Assembly: GCA_028710695.1 (NCBI GenBank)
Contig: JAQTTP010000005.1
Coordinates: 30,981 to 62,980, forward strand
From: Candidatus Iainarchaeum sp.
GTDB taxonomy: Archaea; Iainarchaeota; Iainarchaeia; Iainarchaeales; 0-14-0-20-30-16
Length of the DNA stretch: 32,000 bases
Direction of reading: 5' to 3'
Of the stretch, positions 10,091 to 19,685 are shown one piece after another. Numbering within the stretch: position 1 is the first letter of the stretch; each line of letters starts with the position of its first letter. The position numbers were made by a program, and so were the translations under genes. The notes below the pieces were generated by a model that ran no database searches, had not been told where the DNA came from, and saw only the letters and a program-made list of their open reading frames with translations.

Positions 10091-10846
10091 TTAATATCTT
10101 GATTTTTTAAGTACAAAAAACAAGGAATCTGAATTTCCTTGAAAAATCTTTCCCAACATATATAGGCAGTTATAAGTTATTTTAAAGTGCGACAATGCAG
10201 CATGTACCTTTGTATGTGGCACTATAAACCCTATACCTTTATCTTCAACAACTTTAAATCCTGCTGTTTTTGCCAATTGATAAAATGATTTTTTTGTATA
10301 AAAGTGAACGTGGTCTGTATTTTTTAAGATTTTAGGCTGTACTATATTATTCCTGAATTTACATATAAGATTTCCTTCATTTGGTACACCAACTATTAAG
10401 ATGCCTTCTTTTTTCAATAATTTGTTCATAGATTGCAAAAGACCCACATCGTCAGGGATGTGCTCCAACATGTGATGAAGAAGGATTACATCAAAAGACT
10501 CTTTTTGAAAACCCGGGTTAAAAGCATCTCTGTGAAAAAAATCAACATTTTTTACAAGTTTCTTTGCCCTCTTTACTCTTATTGGGTTATAATCAATTCC
10601 GGTTATAATGGCATTATTAATTTTTAATAAATGCTTTGTCATTGCACCGTCGCCACAGCCAATATCAAGTATTTTTATTTTCGACAACCCTTTACAAAAT
10701 CTGTTTATAATACTTAATAAATATTCAACTCTCTTCTCATGATGATGTTTATAATGCCCTTTTTCAAGATATGCGGTTTGATCACCAACATACCATTCAT
10801 TAGAGTCAAGTATTTTTTTTGTCACAATAGTTTTAGTTTTAGCCAT
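10091..10846 (-). CDS. Class I SAM-dependent methyltransferase
   Basis: KILDIGCGDGAMTKHLLKINNAIITGIDYNP, FDVILLHHMLEHIPDDVGLLQSMNKLLKKEGILIVGVPNE; perfect GGTGAT upstream. Confidence 0.9.
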   Translation of the reverse strand: MAKTKTIVTKKILDSNEWYVGDQTAYLEKGHYKHHHEKRVEYLLSIINRFCKGLSKIKILDIGCGDGAMTKHLLKINNAIITGIDYNPIRVKRAKKLVKNVDFFHRDAFNPGFQKESFDVILLHHMLEHIPDDVGLLQSMNKLLKKEGILIVGVPNEGNLICKFRNNIVQPKILKNTDHVHFYTKKSFYQLAKTAGFKVVEDKGIGFIVPHTKVHAALSHFKITYNCLYMLGKIFQGNSDSLFFVLKKSRY

Positions 10847-10857
10847 AAAATCACCAA

Positions 10858-11934
10858 TTATATATTCTTTTTTATGAGTTCAATCTCATAATTTAATATT
10901 ACATTCATATTATATTTTTTAGTTACAAAAAGTCGCGCATTATTACCACTAGTTTTCCAATTTTCTTTATCCAAAATAAAAAATATGTTTTTTGCCATAG
11001 CTTCACTATTTTTTGGTAAACTTAAAAAAGCAGTTTTTCCCACAATTGTGTTATTATGAAACGGCTCAAGATCAGTAGCAATAATTGGCAAGCCGCAAGC
11101 TTGAGCTTCTATTATCGGAATAGCAAAACCCTCATGTAATGTGGCAGTAATGAAAAATTTGGCTTTATTATAATAATCTGGAAGTTTATTATGTGGTATT
11201 GGCCCAAGATAAATCAATCCTTTTTTTCTAGGAATTTCAATTGGCCCCGCACCGATAATTGCTAATTTAAATAACGGAAATTTTTGTCTAACTATGTCAA
11301 AGGTTTTTACAAGATATTCTATCCCTTTTCGCGGTATTAACGATCCAACATAAATTGCATCATACTCTTTGGTTATTTTTTGTGGCTTAAAGAGCTTACA
11401 ATCAACAAAATTCGGCACCAAATACATATTTTTCCACTTTAGCTCATCGATATACATTTTGTCAATCACAAAAGTCAAACTTACGGCATACTTTGTTATA
11501 AACTCACAGAATCTAAATAAAATCTTGTGGAAGACACCATAGTTATAAGTTTTTGCAAGACCCCTATAAGTACCATGTATTGAACAGACAAAAGGGATTC
11601 TTCTAATCTTTGAGACCAGACCTAACAATGCAGATTTAACAAAAGTAGAACCTTCAAGTGCTCTGGTAAAATTTATTTTATATTTTTTACACAATTTAAA
11701 AGTGTAGTAAGCTTGTTTTAAGAGGCTAATTAGTTTAATTTTTGAAGCGGCCACATTAATTATTTTTATATTTGGATATGAAAAAGTTACAGATCCCTTA
11801 TCCACATTTAAAATATAAACGGGCCCTAAATTATCAGCATAATATCTAAATCTGTCCATAAATTGGTCTAGATTTCCTTGTTTTACATATATACTTAGAG
11901 GGTCATTTGGTAATACTAAACAATTATATTTCAT
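10858..11934 (-). CDS. Glycosyltransferase family 4
   Basis: ORF 10858..11946, likely start ATG at 11934 after GGTGA. YDAIYVGSLIPRKGIEYLVKTFDIV, HEGFAIPIIEAQACGLPIIATDLEPF. Confidence 0.9.
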   Translation of the reverse strand: MKYNCLVLPNDPLSIYVKQGNLDQFMDRFRYYADNLGPVYILNVDKGSVTFSYPNIKIINVAASKIKLISLLKQAYYTFKLCKKYKINFTRALEGSTFVKSALLGLVSKIRRIPFVCSIHGTYRGLAKTYNYGVFHKILFRFCEFITKYAVSLTFVIDKMYIDELKWKNMYLVPNFVDCKLFKPQKITKEYDAIYVGSLIPRKGIEYLVKTFDIVRQKFPLFKLAIIGAGPIEIPRKKGLIYLGPIPHNKLPDYYNKAKFFITATLHEGFAIPIIEAQACGLPIIATDLEPFHNNTIVGKTAFLSLPKNSEAMAKNIFFILDKENWKTSGNNARLFVTKKYNMNVILNYEIELIKKNI

Positions 11935-12809
11935 TTCTTCACCCAAGATTTTGCAACTTCTTCACAAGTTTTAACTTTAATTTTATTCTCACACAAAAAC
12001 TCTAAACTATCCTCAAAGCTTTTACAATTTGCTACGTCTGCAGGATCAAAATAAAAGGTTCCTACTGCATTGTGCTTTTTTATTATTTTGACGGCTTTCT
12101 TGAAAACATCCACAAAATCTCCTGATTTTGCATGCGCAGGAGGATTTGAACGAAAACAATGCCAACTGTCAAAGAGAGGAAAGTAATGTTCTGGACAAAC
12201 CATAAGGGGTAATTCTAAAACAGAGTAATTTTGATTACTAGACTCTAAAAAATTTGTTTTTGACGGATAATATGGCAAACCATATGATTTTGTTCTAGTT
12301 AACATCGTTGAACTTGAATATAAATATCCCAATTCTTCTAATAAAGGGTATACAAACTGTCCATGCAAATTACCTAAATGAGGGGTTCTAAATCCAACAG
12401 GCTTGTAATCAAAATACTTTTTGCATAATTCTTCAAATTTCACTATTTCTCTATTTTGTTCTTTTTGAGTTATTTTATTAAAAAAATTATTGTTGAATAC
12501 GGAATTAGGATGTGAATAAGTATGATTTATTATTTCGTGACCATCATCAAGAATTTTTCGATGAATTCGCGGATATTTTTCAATCCATTTACCTATGCAG
12601 GCAAAAGAACTTTTTATGTTATAGGAATTAAGCAATTCTAACAAATTAGGTAAGACACCCATATCTGGGGGCATATCACAATCAAAACTTATACTAAAAA
12701 TGCTTTCTTTTAATTTGCTTTGATTTTTTGAAAAATAATTGTTAAGCATAATAGGAGATATTGGTTTAATGACTTTACGAGCAAATTTTCTCAAAAGATT
12801 TATCTGCAT
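11931..12809 (-). CDS. Polysaccharide deacetylase (NodB homology, CE4-type)
   Basis: FSISFDCDMPP, HEIINHTYSHP (HxxxH), YKPVGFRTPHLG. Confidence 0.85.
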   Translation of the reverse strand: MQINLLRKFARKVIKPISPIMLNNYFSKNQSKLKESIFSISFDCDMPPDMGVLPNLLELLNSYNIKSSFACIGKWIEKYPRIHRKILDDGHEIINHTYSHPNSVFNNNFFNKITQKEQNREIVKFEELCKKYFDYKPVGFRTPHLGNLHGQFVYPLLEELGYLYSSSTMLTRTKSYGLPYYPSKTNFLESSNQNYSVLELPLMVCPEHYFPLFDSWHCFRSNPPAHAKSGDFVDVFKKAVKIIKKHNAVGTFYFDPADVANCKSFEDSLEFLCENKIKVKTCEEVAKSWVKK

Positions 12810-12883
12810 AATATCACAATCTCAAACATTTACTATATATAAATATAATGTATATATTATTTATATCTTATTGGTGAGATTCC

Positions 12884-14062
12884 ATGGCTTTAAAAGAAGG
12901 ATTTAAAACTAATTTGGTACAGGTTCACCCCGGAATTGTTTACATTTGTGTTTATGGGGCATATAATCCTGAACAGCCACGCATATCAAAACTCGCGGCA
13001 TCATTAGTTAAATCAAATTATAAAATAAAATGGGTTGTTTGTTCAGGCAAAGGAGAAAACATTATCGAAACAAAAGCAAAATCAAAGATCGATTATCTAA
13101 TTAAAGCCACTAAATATTTAAGAAAAACTCTTAAACCACAAGATCTTGTTCTTTGTTATGTACATATTGGTGGAATAGTCGGCTTTTTTTCAACGCTTGG
13201 CAAAAAAACAAAATTTATTTATGATTATCCAGACCCATGGGTTGGATGGTATTACTATAAAACAAAAAATGATAACTTAAATTGGAAGATTGGCAGAATA
13301 TTATTTTTCTGGTTAGAAAAATTGTTGTACAAAAGCGCAGCATATGTTACCACTGCGAGCTTTTCACAATTAGAGTTTTTGCAAAAACAACATGGCAAAA
13401 AAGAAAATTCTGCAGTAATATTAAATTGCCCAGATATTAATATATTTAATAAAAACAATAAAGACGGGGGATTAATTACTAAATTAGGATTAAATAACAA
13501 AACTATTTTAATATATTTGGGGACCATATTAGAAGAATATGGCTGTGATATTTTATTAGATGCATTTTCAGAAATTTATAAAAAAGATCCAAACACACAG
13601 TTATTATTTTTAGGAAAAGCAAAATCACCACAATTTCAAAAAGAATTAGAAAAAAAAGTTTTAAGTTATAAAATAACTAAGGCCGTTACATTTTTACCAC
13701 CTGTGTCAAAAATACAAGTTCCGCAATATTTGAATATTGCAAAAATTGGTTTTGTTCCGTTTAAAAATAGGTTTTATAATAATGTTGGCAGCCCAAACAA
13801 ACTTTTCGAATATCTGGCTTGCGGAGTTGTACCTATTGTTTCGGATATGACTGAATTTAAACACTATATTATCGACAAAAAAAATGGTTTTTTAGTTCAA
13901 CCAGAAAATGTTAAAGAATTAGTCAATAAAACTATCGAAATATTAAACAAAGATTCTGTGAAGGAAATTGTGCACCTAAATGAGAAGTTGGTAAAGGAAA
14001 AATATAACTGGGATTTACAAGAAAAACAATTTTTAAAGATAATAAAAAAAGTAAGCAAATAA
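12884..14062 (+). CDS. Glycosyltransferase family 4 (only plus-strand gene in the cluster)
   Basis: KLGLNNKTILIYLGTILEEYGCDILLDAFSEIYKKDPNTQLLFLG, NKLFEYLACGVVPIVSDMTEF; GGTGAG before the ATG. Confidence 0.88.
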   Translation: MALKEGFKTNLVQVHPGIVYICVYGAYNPEQPRISKLAASLVKSNYKIKWVVCSGKGENIIETKAKSKIDYLIKATKYLRKTLKPQDLVLCYVHIGGIVGFFSTLGKKTKFIYDYPDPWVGWYYYKTKNDNLNWKIGRILFFWLEKLLYKSAAYVTTASFSQLEFLQKQHGKKENSAVILNCPDINIFNKNNKDGGLITKLGLNNKTILIYLGTILEEYGCDILLDAFSEIYKKDPNTQLLFLGKAKSPQFQKELEKKVLSYKITKAVTFLPPVSKIQVPQYLNIAKIGFVPFKNRFYNNVGSPNKLFEYLACGVVPIVSDMTEFKHYIIDKKNGFLVQPENVKELVNKTIEILNKDSVKEIVHLNEKLVKEKYNWDLQEKQFLKIIKKVSK

Positions 14063-14070
14063 AAAACAGC

Positions 14071-15201
14071 TTATTTCTTGCCCAATTTAGAAATACCAGA
14101 TTTTAAAATTAGATTGTATTCTTTTATGAAATCTTTTATAACTATATTCCAATCAAAATCTTTTGCTTTTATTTTTGCAGATACTGCTAATTTTTCACAA
14201 CTCTTAAAATTGTTACAGACATAAACCATTTTTTTATACAAATCATCACTGTTACCCATTTTAACTTTTAAACCGGTTTTTTCATTTTCTACATAGGGTA
14301 AACTAGTTATTATTATTTTTCCTGCAGCCATTGCTTCTAATAATGCAACTGGTTGCCCAGTTTCAAAGGATGGCAGAACAAATACATCATTGTTCATTAA
14401 AAAGGAGGGCATATCTTTAACCCACCCAAAAAAGGCCACATTTTTAGTTTTATTAACAACAACAAACTTTTCTAATTCGCTTTTCAATAAACCATCGCCG
14501 CCAATATTTAATTTAACATTATATTCTTTTGATAATTTGGTATATGCTTCAAAAAGAATTCTAAGCCCTTTTACTTCTTCAAGCCTACCCATAAAAACAA
14601 ACCTAATTTCTTTCCACGTTTTATTAGTTTTATTAAAATCACCTAAATCTATAGCATTAGTCATAAGCTTATTATTTAATTTTGGATATTTTTGCAGCAT
14701 TTCAGTCCTAGAAATTGGACTTACAAATAAAACTTTGGACGCCCTTTTTATGGCGAAATCATTTAAAAAATATAAAAACTTTTTTATTGGAAAAAACCAA
14801 CCTCTCGGCAACCCATGTGGAGTATAGACTAAGGGGACATTAAATTTATTTTTTAACAAAGCACCAAAAAAGCCACCTACTTGTCCATGCGCATGAATAA
14901 GATCTATTTTTTCTGCCTTTATTATTTCTTTAGCCTTAAAATATGCTAAAAAGTTAAATGATAGGTTTCTTAAAAAAGTATTATTAATAAATGGAACACG
15001 CCAAACTTTTATTTTTCCTGTTGTTTCATACTTACTTTGATTAGGAAATAGTCGAGTAATTATAAATATATTCTGGTTATTTTTTGCAAGAAATCTACTA
15101 AGTTTATCAACATGAATTTCTATTCCGCCAGATGGTTTTTTCTCAAAACCAGCTCCAGAATGAAAAGGCCATTCTTTTGATCCAATTAAAAGTATTCGCA
15201 T
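14071..15201 (-). CDS. Glycosyltransferase family 4
   Basis: KKPSGGIEIHVDKLSRFLAKNN, LIHAHGQVGGFFGALL, FVFMGRLEEVKGLRILFEAY, LPSFETGQPVALLEAMAAGKIIIT. Confidence 0.92.
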   Translation of the reverse strand: MRILLIGSKEWPFHSGAGFEKKPSGGIEIHVDKLSRFLAKNNQNIFIITRLFPNQSKYETTGKIKVWRVPFINNTFLRNLSFNFLAYFKAKEIIKAEKIDLIHAHGQVGGFFGALLKNKFNVPLVYTPHGLPRGWFFPIKKFLYFLNDFAIKRASKVLFVSPISRTEMLQKYPKLNNKLMTNAIDLGDFNKTNKTWKEIRFVFMGRLEEVKGLRILFEAYTKLSKEYNVKLNIGGDGLLKSELEKFVVVNKTKNVAFFGWVKDMPSFLMNNDVFVLPSFETGQPVALLEAMAAGKIIITSLPYVENEKTGLKVKMGNSDDLYKKMVYVCNNFKSCEKLAVSAKIKAKDFDWNIVIKDFIKEYNLILKSGISKLGKK

Positions 15202-16311
15202 TTATTCACCCAACCTTTTTATAGTACTAACAACTTTAATTAAATCTTCTTTCTTTAATAAAGGATGAACCGGCAGACTTACAACTTCTTTTGCAAGTTT
15301 TTCTGAAACGGGGAAATCTCCTTCTTTATAACCCAATTTTTGGAATTGAGGATGTAAATGTAATGGTTTAGGATAATAAATTCCAGGGAATATTTCTTGT
15401 TCTTTTAATTTTGCAACAAAGGTATCCCTATTCATTGGAAATTCACTAGTTATTCTAATTGTAAACTGATGCCAACAAGGCTCATGGCCTTCCTCAACAA
15501 CAGGCAATATTAGCCCCTTTATACCCTTCAAATTTTTCAACAGGTATTTTGCATTTTTTTGCCTCTTCTGTGTAAATTTGTCCAACCTATCTAACTGAAC
15601 TAAAGCAATACTTGCTAAAACATCAGTTAATCTATAATTATACCCTAAATCTACATATGCATAATCACCAGATTGTTGCATCCCATGCTGTCTAAATCTT
15701 TTTGCCCGTTCCATAACCTCTTCCGAATTTGTTGTTAACAACCCACCTTCTCCAGACATCATATTCTTAGTCGCATATAAACTAAATGCGCCTGCATTAC
15801 CTAAATTACCTGCAAATTTGTCTTTGTATTTAGCATTATGTGATTGACAAGCATCTTCCAAAACTACAAGATTATGTTTCTTTGCAATTGCATTAATTAA
15901 ATCCATATCACAACACAAGCCATAAAGATGTATTGGCAAAATTGCTTTTGTTTTTGAAGTTATTTTTTCTTCTATTTTTGTAGGGTCAATGTTAAATGTT
16001 TTCTCGTCAACATCTACAAAAATTGGTTTAGCACCAAGCATAATTGCAGGATTTGCGCTAGCAACAAATGTAAATGGCGTTGTGATTACTTCATCGCCTG
16101 ATCCTATTCCCAAGCCATAAAGCCCAGCATGTAAAGCAGCAGTTCCAGAATTTAAAGCCACACAATATTTTGTGCCTACTTTTTCAGCAAATCTTTTTTC
16201 CAACTCTGCAACTTTTGGGCCTTGTGCAAGCATTCCTGATTTTAATACTTCCATTACTGCTTTTCTTTCTTTTACATCCAAATATGGTTTTGAAACCGTT
16301 ATTTTACTCAT
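15202..16311 (-). CDS. DegT/DnrJ/EryC1/StrS aminotransferase (WbpE/WlbC-like sugar aminotransferase)
   Basis: KSGMLAQGPKVAELEKRFAEKVGTKYCVALNSGTAALHAGL, VLEDACQSHNAKYKDKFAGNLGNAGAFSLYATKNMMSGEGG. Confidence 0.92.
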   Translation of the reverse strand: MSKITVSKPYLDVKERKAVMEVLKSGMLAQGPKVAELEKRFAEKVGTKYCVALNSGTAALHAGLYGLGIGSGDEVITTPFTFVASANPAIMLGAKPIFVDVDEKTFNIDPTKIEEKITSKTKAILPIHLYGLCCDMDLINAIAKKHNLVVLEDACQSHNAKYKDKFAGNLGNAGAFSLYATKNMMSGEGGLLTTNSEEVMERAKRFRQHGMQQSGDYAYVDLGYNYRLTDVLASIALVQLDRLDKFTQKRQKNAKYLLKNLKGIKGLILPVVEEGHEPCWHQFTIRITSEFPMNRDTFVAKLKEQEIFPGIYYPKPLHLHPQFQKLGYKEGDFPVSEKLAKEVVSLPVHPLLKKEDLIKVVSTIKRLGE

Positions 16312-16324
16312 ATATTATCACTCA

Positions 16325-16819
16325 CTATTTACCAATTGGAAAACCATTTTTTCCTACTTTCTTAACTACTTTTGCGGGATTTCCAACAACCAAAGAGTAT
16401 GGGGGTACATCTTTTGTTACTACTGCGCCAGCACCAATAACACTATATTCTCCTAAAGTTATGCCACAAACAATTACTGCGCCAGCACCAATTGACACCC
16501 CGTCTTTAACTTCTGTTTTTGTTAATTTATCATCATTCCAGATCTCTGCCCGAGGATACAAATCATTTGTAAAAGTAGCATTTGGGCCGACAAAAACATT
16601 ATTCCCAATTGTAACTCCATGATAAACATTTACATTGTTTTGGAATTTACAGCCATTTCCTATTTTAACCCCAGAATCAACGTACACACAATGTCCAAAA
16701 ATACAATTCTCACCAATTTCTGTGTTTTTACATATATGAACAAAATGCCATATTTTTGTTCCTTTTCCTATTTTTGCGCCATCATCACATACTGCAGTAG
16801 GATGTATAAAATAATCCAT
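16325..16819 (-). CDS. Left-handed beta-helix sugar N-acetyltransferase (WbpD/WlbB-like)
   Basis: ORF 16325..16828, likely start ATG at 16819 (MDYFIHPTAVCDDGAKIG) after AGTGATG. Hexapeptide repeats; FQNNVNVYHGVTIGNNVFVGPNATFTNDLYPRAEI. Confidence 0.88.
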   Translation of the reverse strand: MDYFIHPTAVCDDGAKIGKGTKIWHFVHICKNTEIGENCIFGHCVYVDSGVKIGNGCKFQNNVNVYHGVTIGNNVFVGPNATFTNDLYPRAEIWNDDKLTKTEVKDGVSIGAGAVIVCGITLGEYSVIGAGAVVTKDVPPYSLVVGNPAKVVKKVGKNGFPIGK

Positions 16820-16824
16820 AAACA

Positions 16825-17814
16825 TCACTTAAAATTCTTTTTCAAACTCTCCAAAAGTATTATCCCATTCAAAGCATCATCTATGCTAACATATGGTTCT
16901 TCTGTGCCCGCAATACAACTTAAAAAGTTTTCAATTTCCATTAAAAGCGGTTCTTTCTTTTCAACAAGTATTTTTCTTTCTTCACCAACAGTAACGCCAG
17001 TTAATATTTGCTGATATTCTATATTCTCTTTATGTTTCCCATTTTCATAAAAGGTAATTTCCTGGGTAATATAATCTAGGCTCAACAGCCCTTTTTTTCC
17101 GCAAATATATAATTTTCTTATTTTTGTGGGAGATAAAATATCTGTAGATAAATTTATTACAATATTTTCTTTTGTCTTCATTAAAACTCTTATAATATCT
17201 GGATCTTTTTTATTTATGAAATTGTGTGTTTGTAAACAAGCATAACTTACACAATCACCCATTTTACCAAGTAAGTAATTTATTATTTCTAAATCGTGTA
17301 TTCCTAAGTCTGTTAGAACATCTACATCTACTACACCTGGTGGATATGGCCCTTGCCTCAAGATATTAATATAAAAAATTTTTCCTAACTCCCCCCTAAA
17401 AACAAGATCTATTACTTTTCTTACTGCTGGATTATATCTTTCAATCTGACCAACAACACAAGTAACTCCTGCTTTTTTAATAATATCTTTAATTTCTTCA
17501 GCTTCTTTAACAGATGGTGCTGCCGGTTTTTCTAGTAAAATATTAATTTTCTTTTGAGCCACCTTTTCCACTATTGCCTTATGCAACATAGTAGGAACAC
17601 ATATTGACACCCCATCTAACTGTTCGTTATTCAACATTTCATCCAAATCATAATACGCCTTACATTTGTATTTTTCCGAGAACTCATCACATTTTTTCTT
17701 ATTAGAATCACATATTGCAACTAGTTCAACATCTGGCCTTTCAAAATAAATTCTTGCATGGTTTTTTCCCATATTTCCAACACCAATTACTGCAATTTTT
17801 GGCACATTACTCAT
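16825..17814 (-). CDS. Gfo/Idh/MocA-family oxidoreductase (WbpB/WlbA-like)
   Basis: KIAVIGVGNMGKNHARIYFERPDVELVAICD, LEKPAAPSVKEAEEI, DVLTDLGIHDLEIINYLLG. Confidence 0.88.
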   Translation of the reverse strand: MSNVPKIAVIGVGNMGKNHARIYFERPDVELVAICDSNKKKCDEFSEKYKCKAYYDLDEMLNNEQLDGVSICVPTMLHKAIVEKVAQKKINILLEKPAAPSVKEAEEIKDIIKKAGVTCVVGQIERYNPAVRKVIDLVFRGELGKIFYINILRQGPYPPGVVDVDVLTDLGIHDLEIINYLLGKMGDCVSYACLQTHNFINKKDPDIIRVLMKTKENIVINLSTDILSPTKIRKLYICGKKGLLSLDYITQEITFYENGKHKENIEYQQILTGVTVGEERKILVEKKEPLLMEIENFLSCIAGTEEPYVSIDDALNGIILLESLKKNFK

Positions 17815-17928
17815 AAAATCACCTACGTCAATTAAAAATATTAAAAAAATAGAAAGTGCTAAATCTTTGTTCGTGTAAAAAGCTCTCCGCTAAAAGACAG
17901 CCAATTAATATAACTAATAACCATTTTG

Positions 17929-17936
17929 TTTATAAA
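17929..17936 (-). promoter_or_regulatory. Archaeal BRE/TATA-like promoter for the oxidoreductase/acetyltransferase/aminotransferase unit
   Basis: Minus-strand AACC-TTTATAAA, giving a predicted 5' leader of about 90 nt before the ATG at 17814. The same element occurs at 23922-23929 and 29019-29026. Confidence 0.55.
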
Positions 17937-17945
17937 GGTTACTTT

Positions 17946-19136
17946 TTATCTCCCACTCACAATCTCAATAACATCTCTATTCTTCAATTTGTGTTCCTTT
18001 CCAACCATCATTTTGGTCTTAACAAGAATCGCCTTTATGAACTTATTTCCCAAATCAGAGTGAATATGGAATGCAAAATCCAAAGCAGTTGATTCTGGAG
18101 GCAATAAAAAACAATCCGGAAGCACATTTCCATCTTTATCCGCCAACTTGTTTACCCCACCGGGGAATATTGCCATATAGTTCAAAAGATTGAATACAGA
18201 CTTATCCATGATCTCTTGAACTCCGGTAAATCCATATTTGCCAAGGATATTAGTTTTTATAAAATTTAAAGCTTTTGTCTGCTTCTCGCTAAGCTTTGAT
18301 TCATCTTTAATTTCAAAGCCATTGGCCCCAGGCAGATAATCTATAAGCCCAGCTTTGTCCGCTTCCTTCAAAGCAAGTTCGCTCTCAGCAGAAACAGGAA
18401 CTATAAGTAACTCAGGATATTTCTCCTTTATTCTCTTAATATTGTTCTCCGCAGTAGGCAAGTCAACCTTATTTGCAGCAATAACTATTGGCTTTGATAG
18501 CTTTCTAAGATTTTTTACAAATGTTTTTTTCTGATCTATATTCCATTCAAGCATCTGTTTAGGATAATTCTTTATTACTGCCTCAACATGGTAACGCTTT
18601 ATACTTAGCCCAGAAACCATCTCTGCCAATGCATCTTCTATTTTCATTTTCTTAGCTGCCTGGGTCTTTCCGGATTTATCCCAATTAGCTTCTAAGATTC
18701 CAAAAATCCACATATCAAGCTCAAATTCTAAGAATTCAATGTCTTTTAGAGGATCATAGCTTCCCATTGCCACAGGCTCTCCTTTCTCATTTACAGAGCC
18801 TGCAATGTCAACTACATGGATCAAAGCATCAGCCTTTCTCAAATCATCTAAGAATTTGTTCCCTAAACCCTTACCCTCGTGAGCACCAGGTACAAGGCCA
18901 GCAACATCAACAACTTCTACTGGCACAAACCTTATGCCCTTTTTACAATATCCTACTCTTGGGTTACATTGTACCCCAAGTTCTTTATCCACACATTCAA
19001 CCCTTACAAATCCAACTCCTTTATTCGGTTCAATAGTTGTAAAAGGGTAGTTTGCTGCCTCAGCCTTTGCCATGGTTAAGGCCTTAAAAAAAGTACTTTT
19101 TCCTACGTTTGGTTTTCCTACAATACCTACAAGCAT
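17946..19136 (-). CDS. YchF-related / Obg-like GTPase with C-terminal TGS domain
   Basis: ORF 17946..19160; likely start near MLVGIVGKPNVGKSTFFKALT. Motifs: VDVAGLVPGAHEGKGLGNKFLDDLRKADALIHVVD, NKVD, and a TGS-like tail AFHIHSDLGNKFIKA. Confidence 0.92.
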   Translation of the reverse strand: MLVGIVGKPNVGKSTFFKALTMAKAEAANYPFTTIEPNKGVGFVRVECVDKELGVQCNPRVGYCKKGIRFVPVEVVDVAGLVPGAHEGKGLGNKFLDDLRKADALIHVVDIAGSVNEKGEPVAMGSYDPLKDIEFLEFELDMWIFGILEANWDKSGKTQAAKKMKIEDALAEMVSGLSIKRYHVEAVIKNYPKQMLEWNIDQKKTFVKNLRKLSKPIVIAANKVDLPTAENNIKRIKEKYPELLIVPVSAESELALKEADKAGLIDYLPGANGFEIKDESKLSEKQTKALNFIKTNILGKYGFTGVQEIMDKSVFNLLNYMAIFPGGVNKLADKDGNVLPDCFLLPPESTALDFAFHIHSDLGNKFIKAILVKTKMMVGKEHKLKNRDVIEIVSGR

Positions 19137-19214
19137 TAGTTTCACTCTCTTAGATTCCAATCCCTACTCTAGTTATATTATATAAAAATAGCAAAAATAA
19201 TAAAAAGGAGGCTT

Positions 19215-19685
19215 TTATTCTTTTACAATTACACAAATTTCCCCAATAAAACAATCTTTATTTAGGATGTATTCCAGGATATATTCCTTACCAAGCCTAT
19301 GTGCCTTACTAGCTTTAACTTTTACTTCACAAATAACTGCTTTATTCTTTATTAGTATTGGTTTTTTGGTAAATATTGTAAAACTCTTGCTTATAACTTC
19401 GCCAAGTTCTTCTTTTGTCTTTTTGTTTTTTAAACAAAAAAAGGCAACTAAGGACTGTGAGATAATAGACAATGCAGAATTAATATGTAAATTAATCCCA
19501 AAAGGATTATTCTTATCTTCAAAATATTTGGTAAAAATGGCCTTAGTTTTTATTGATTTCTTTGTCAGATCCAAAAAACACAGATTAAAATGTTCTTTTT
19601 TTACACCTTTAGATAGATACAATGATTGTATATTTTCGTTTAATAAACTATTTTTTTTAGGTACACAAAAAACCATACTAATCAT
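19215..19685 (-). CDS. Hypothetical protein
   Basis: 156 aa ORF between the GTPase and porB; no motif I recognise. Confidence 0.45.
   Translation of the reverse strand: MISMVFCVPKKNSLLNENIQSLYLSKGVKKEHFNLCFLDLTKKSIKTKAIFTKYFEDKNNPFGINLHINSALSIISQSLVAFFCLKNKKTKEELGEVISKSFTIFTKKPILIKNKAVICEVKVKASKAHRLGKEYILEYILNKDCFIGEICVIVKE

Noticed and set aside
16170-16622. ORFs 16170..16622 (+), 16172..16456 (+), 14390..14827 (+) and 13255..13527 (-)
   Set aside because: Antisense to clear enzymes of the glycan cluster.
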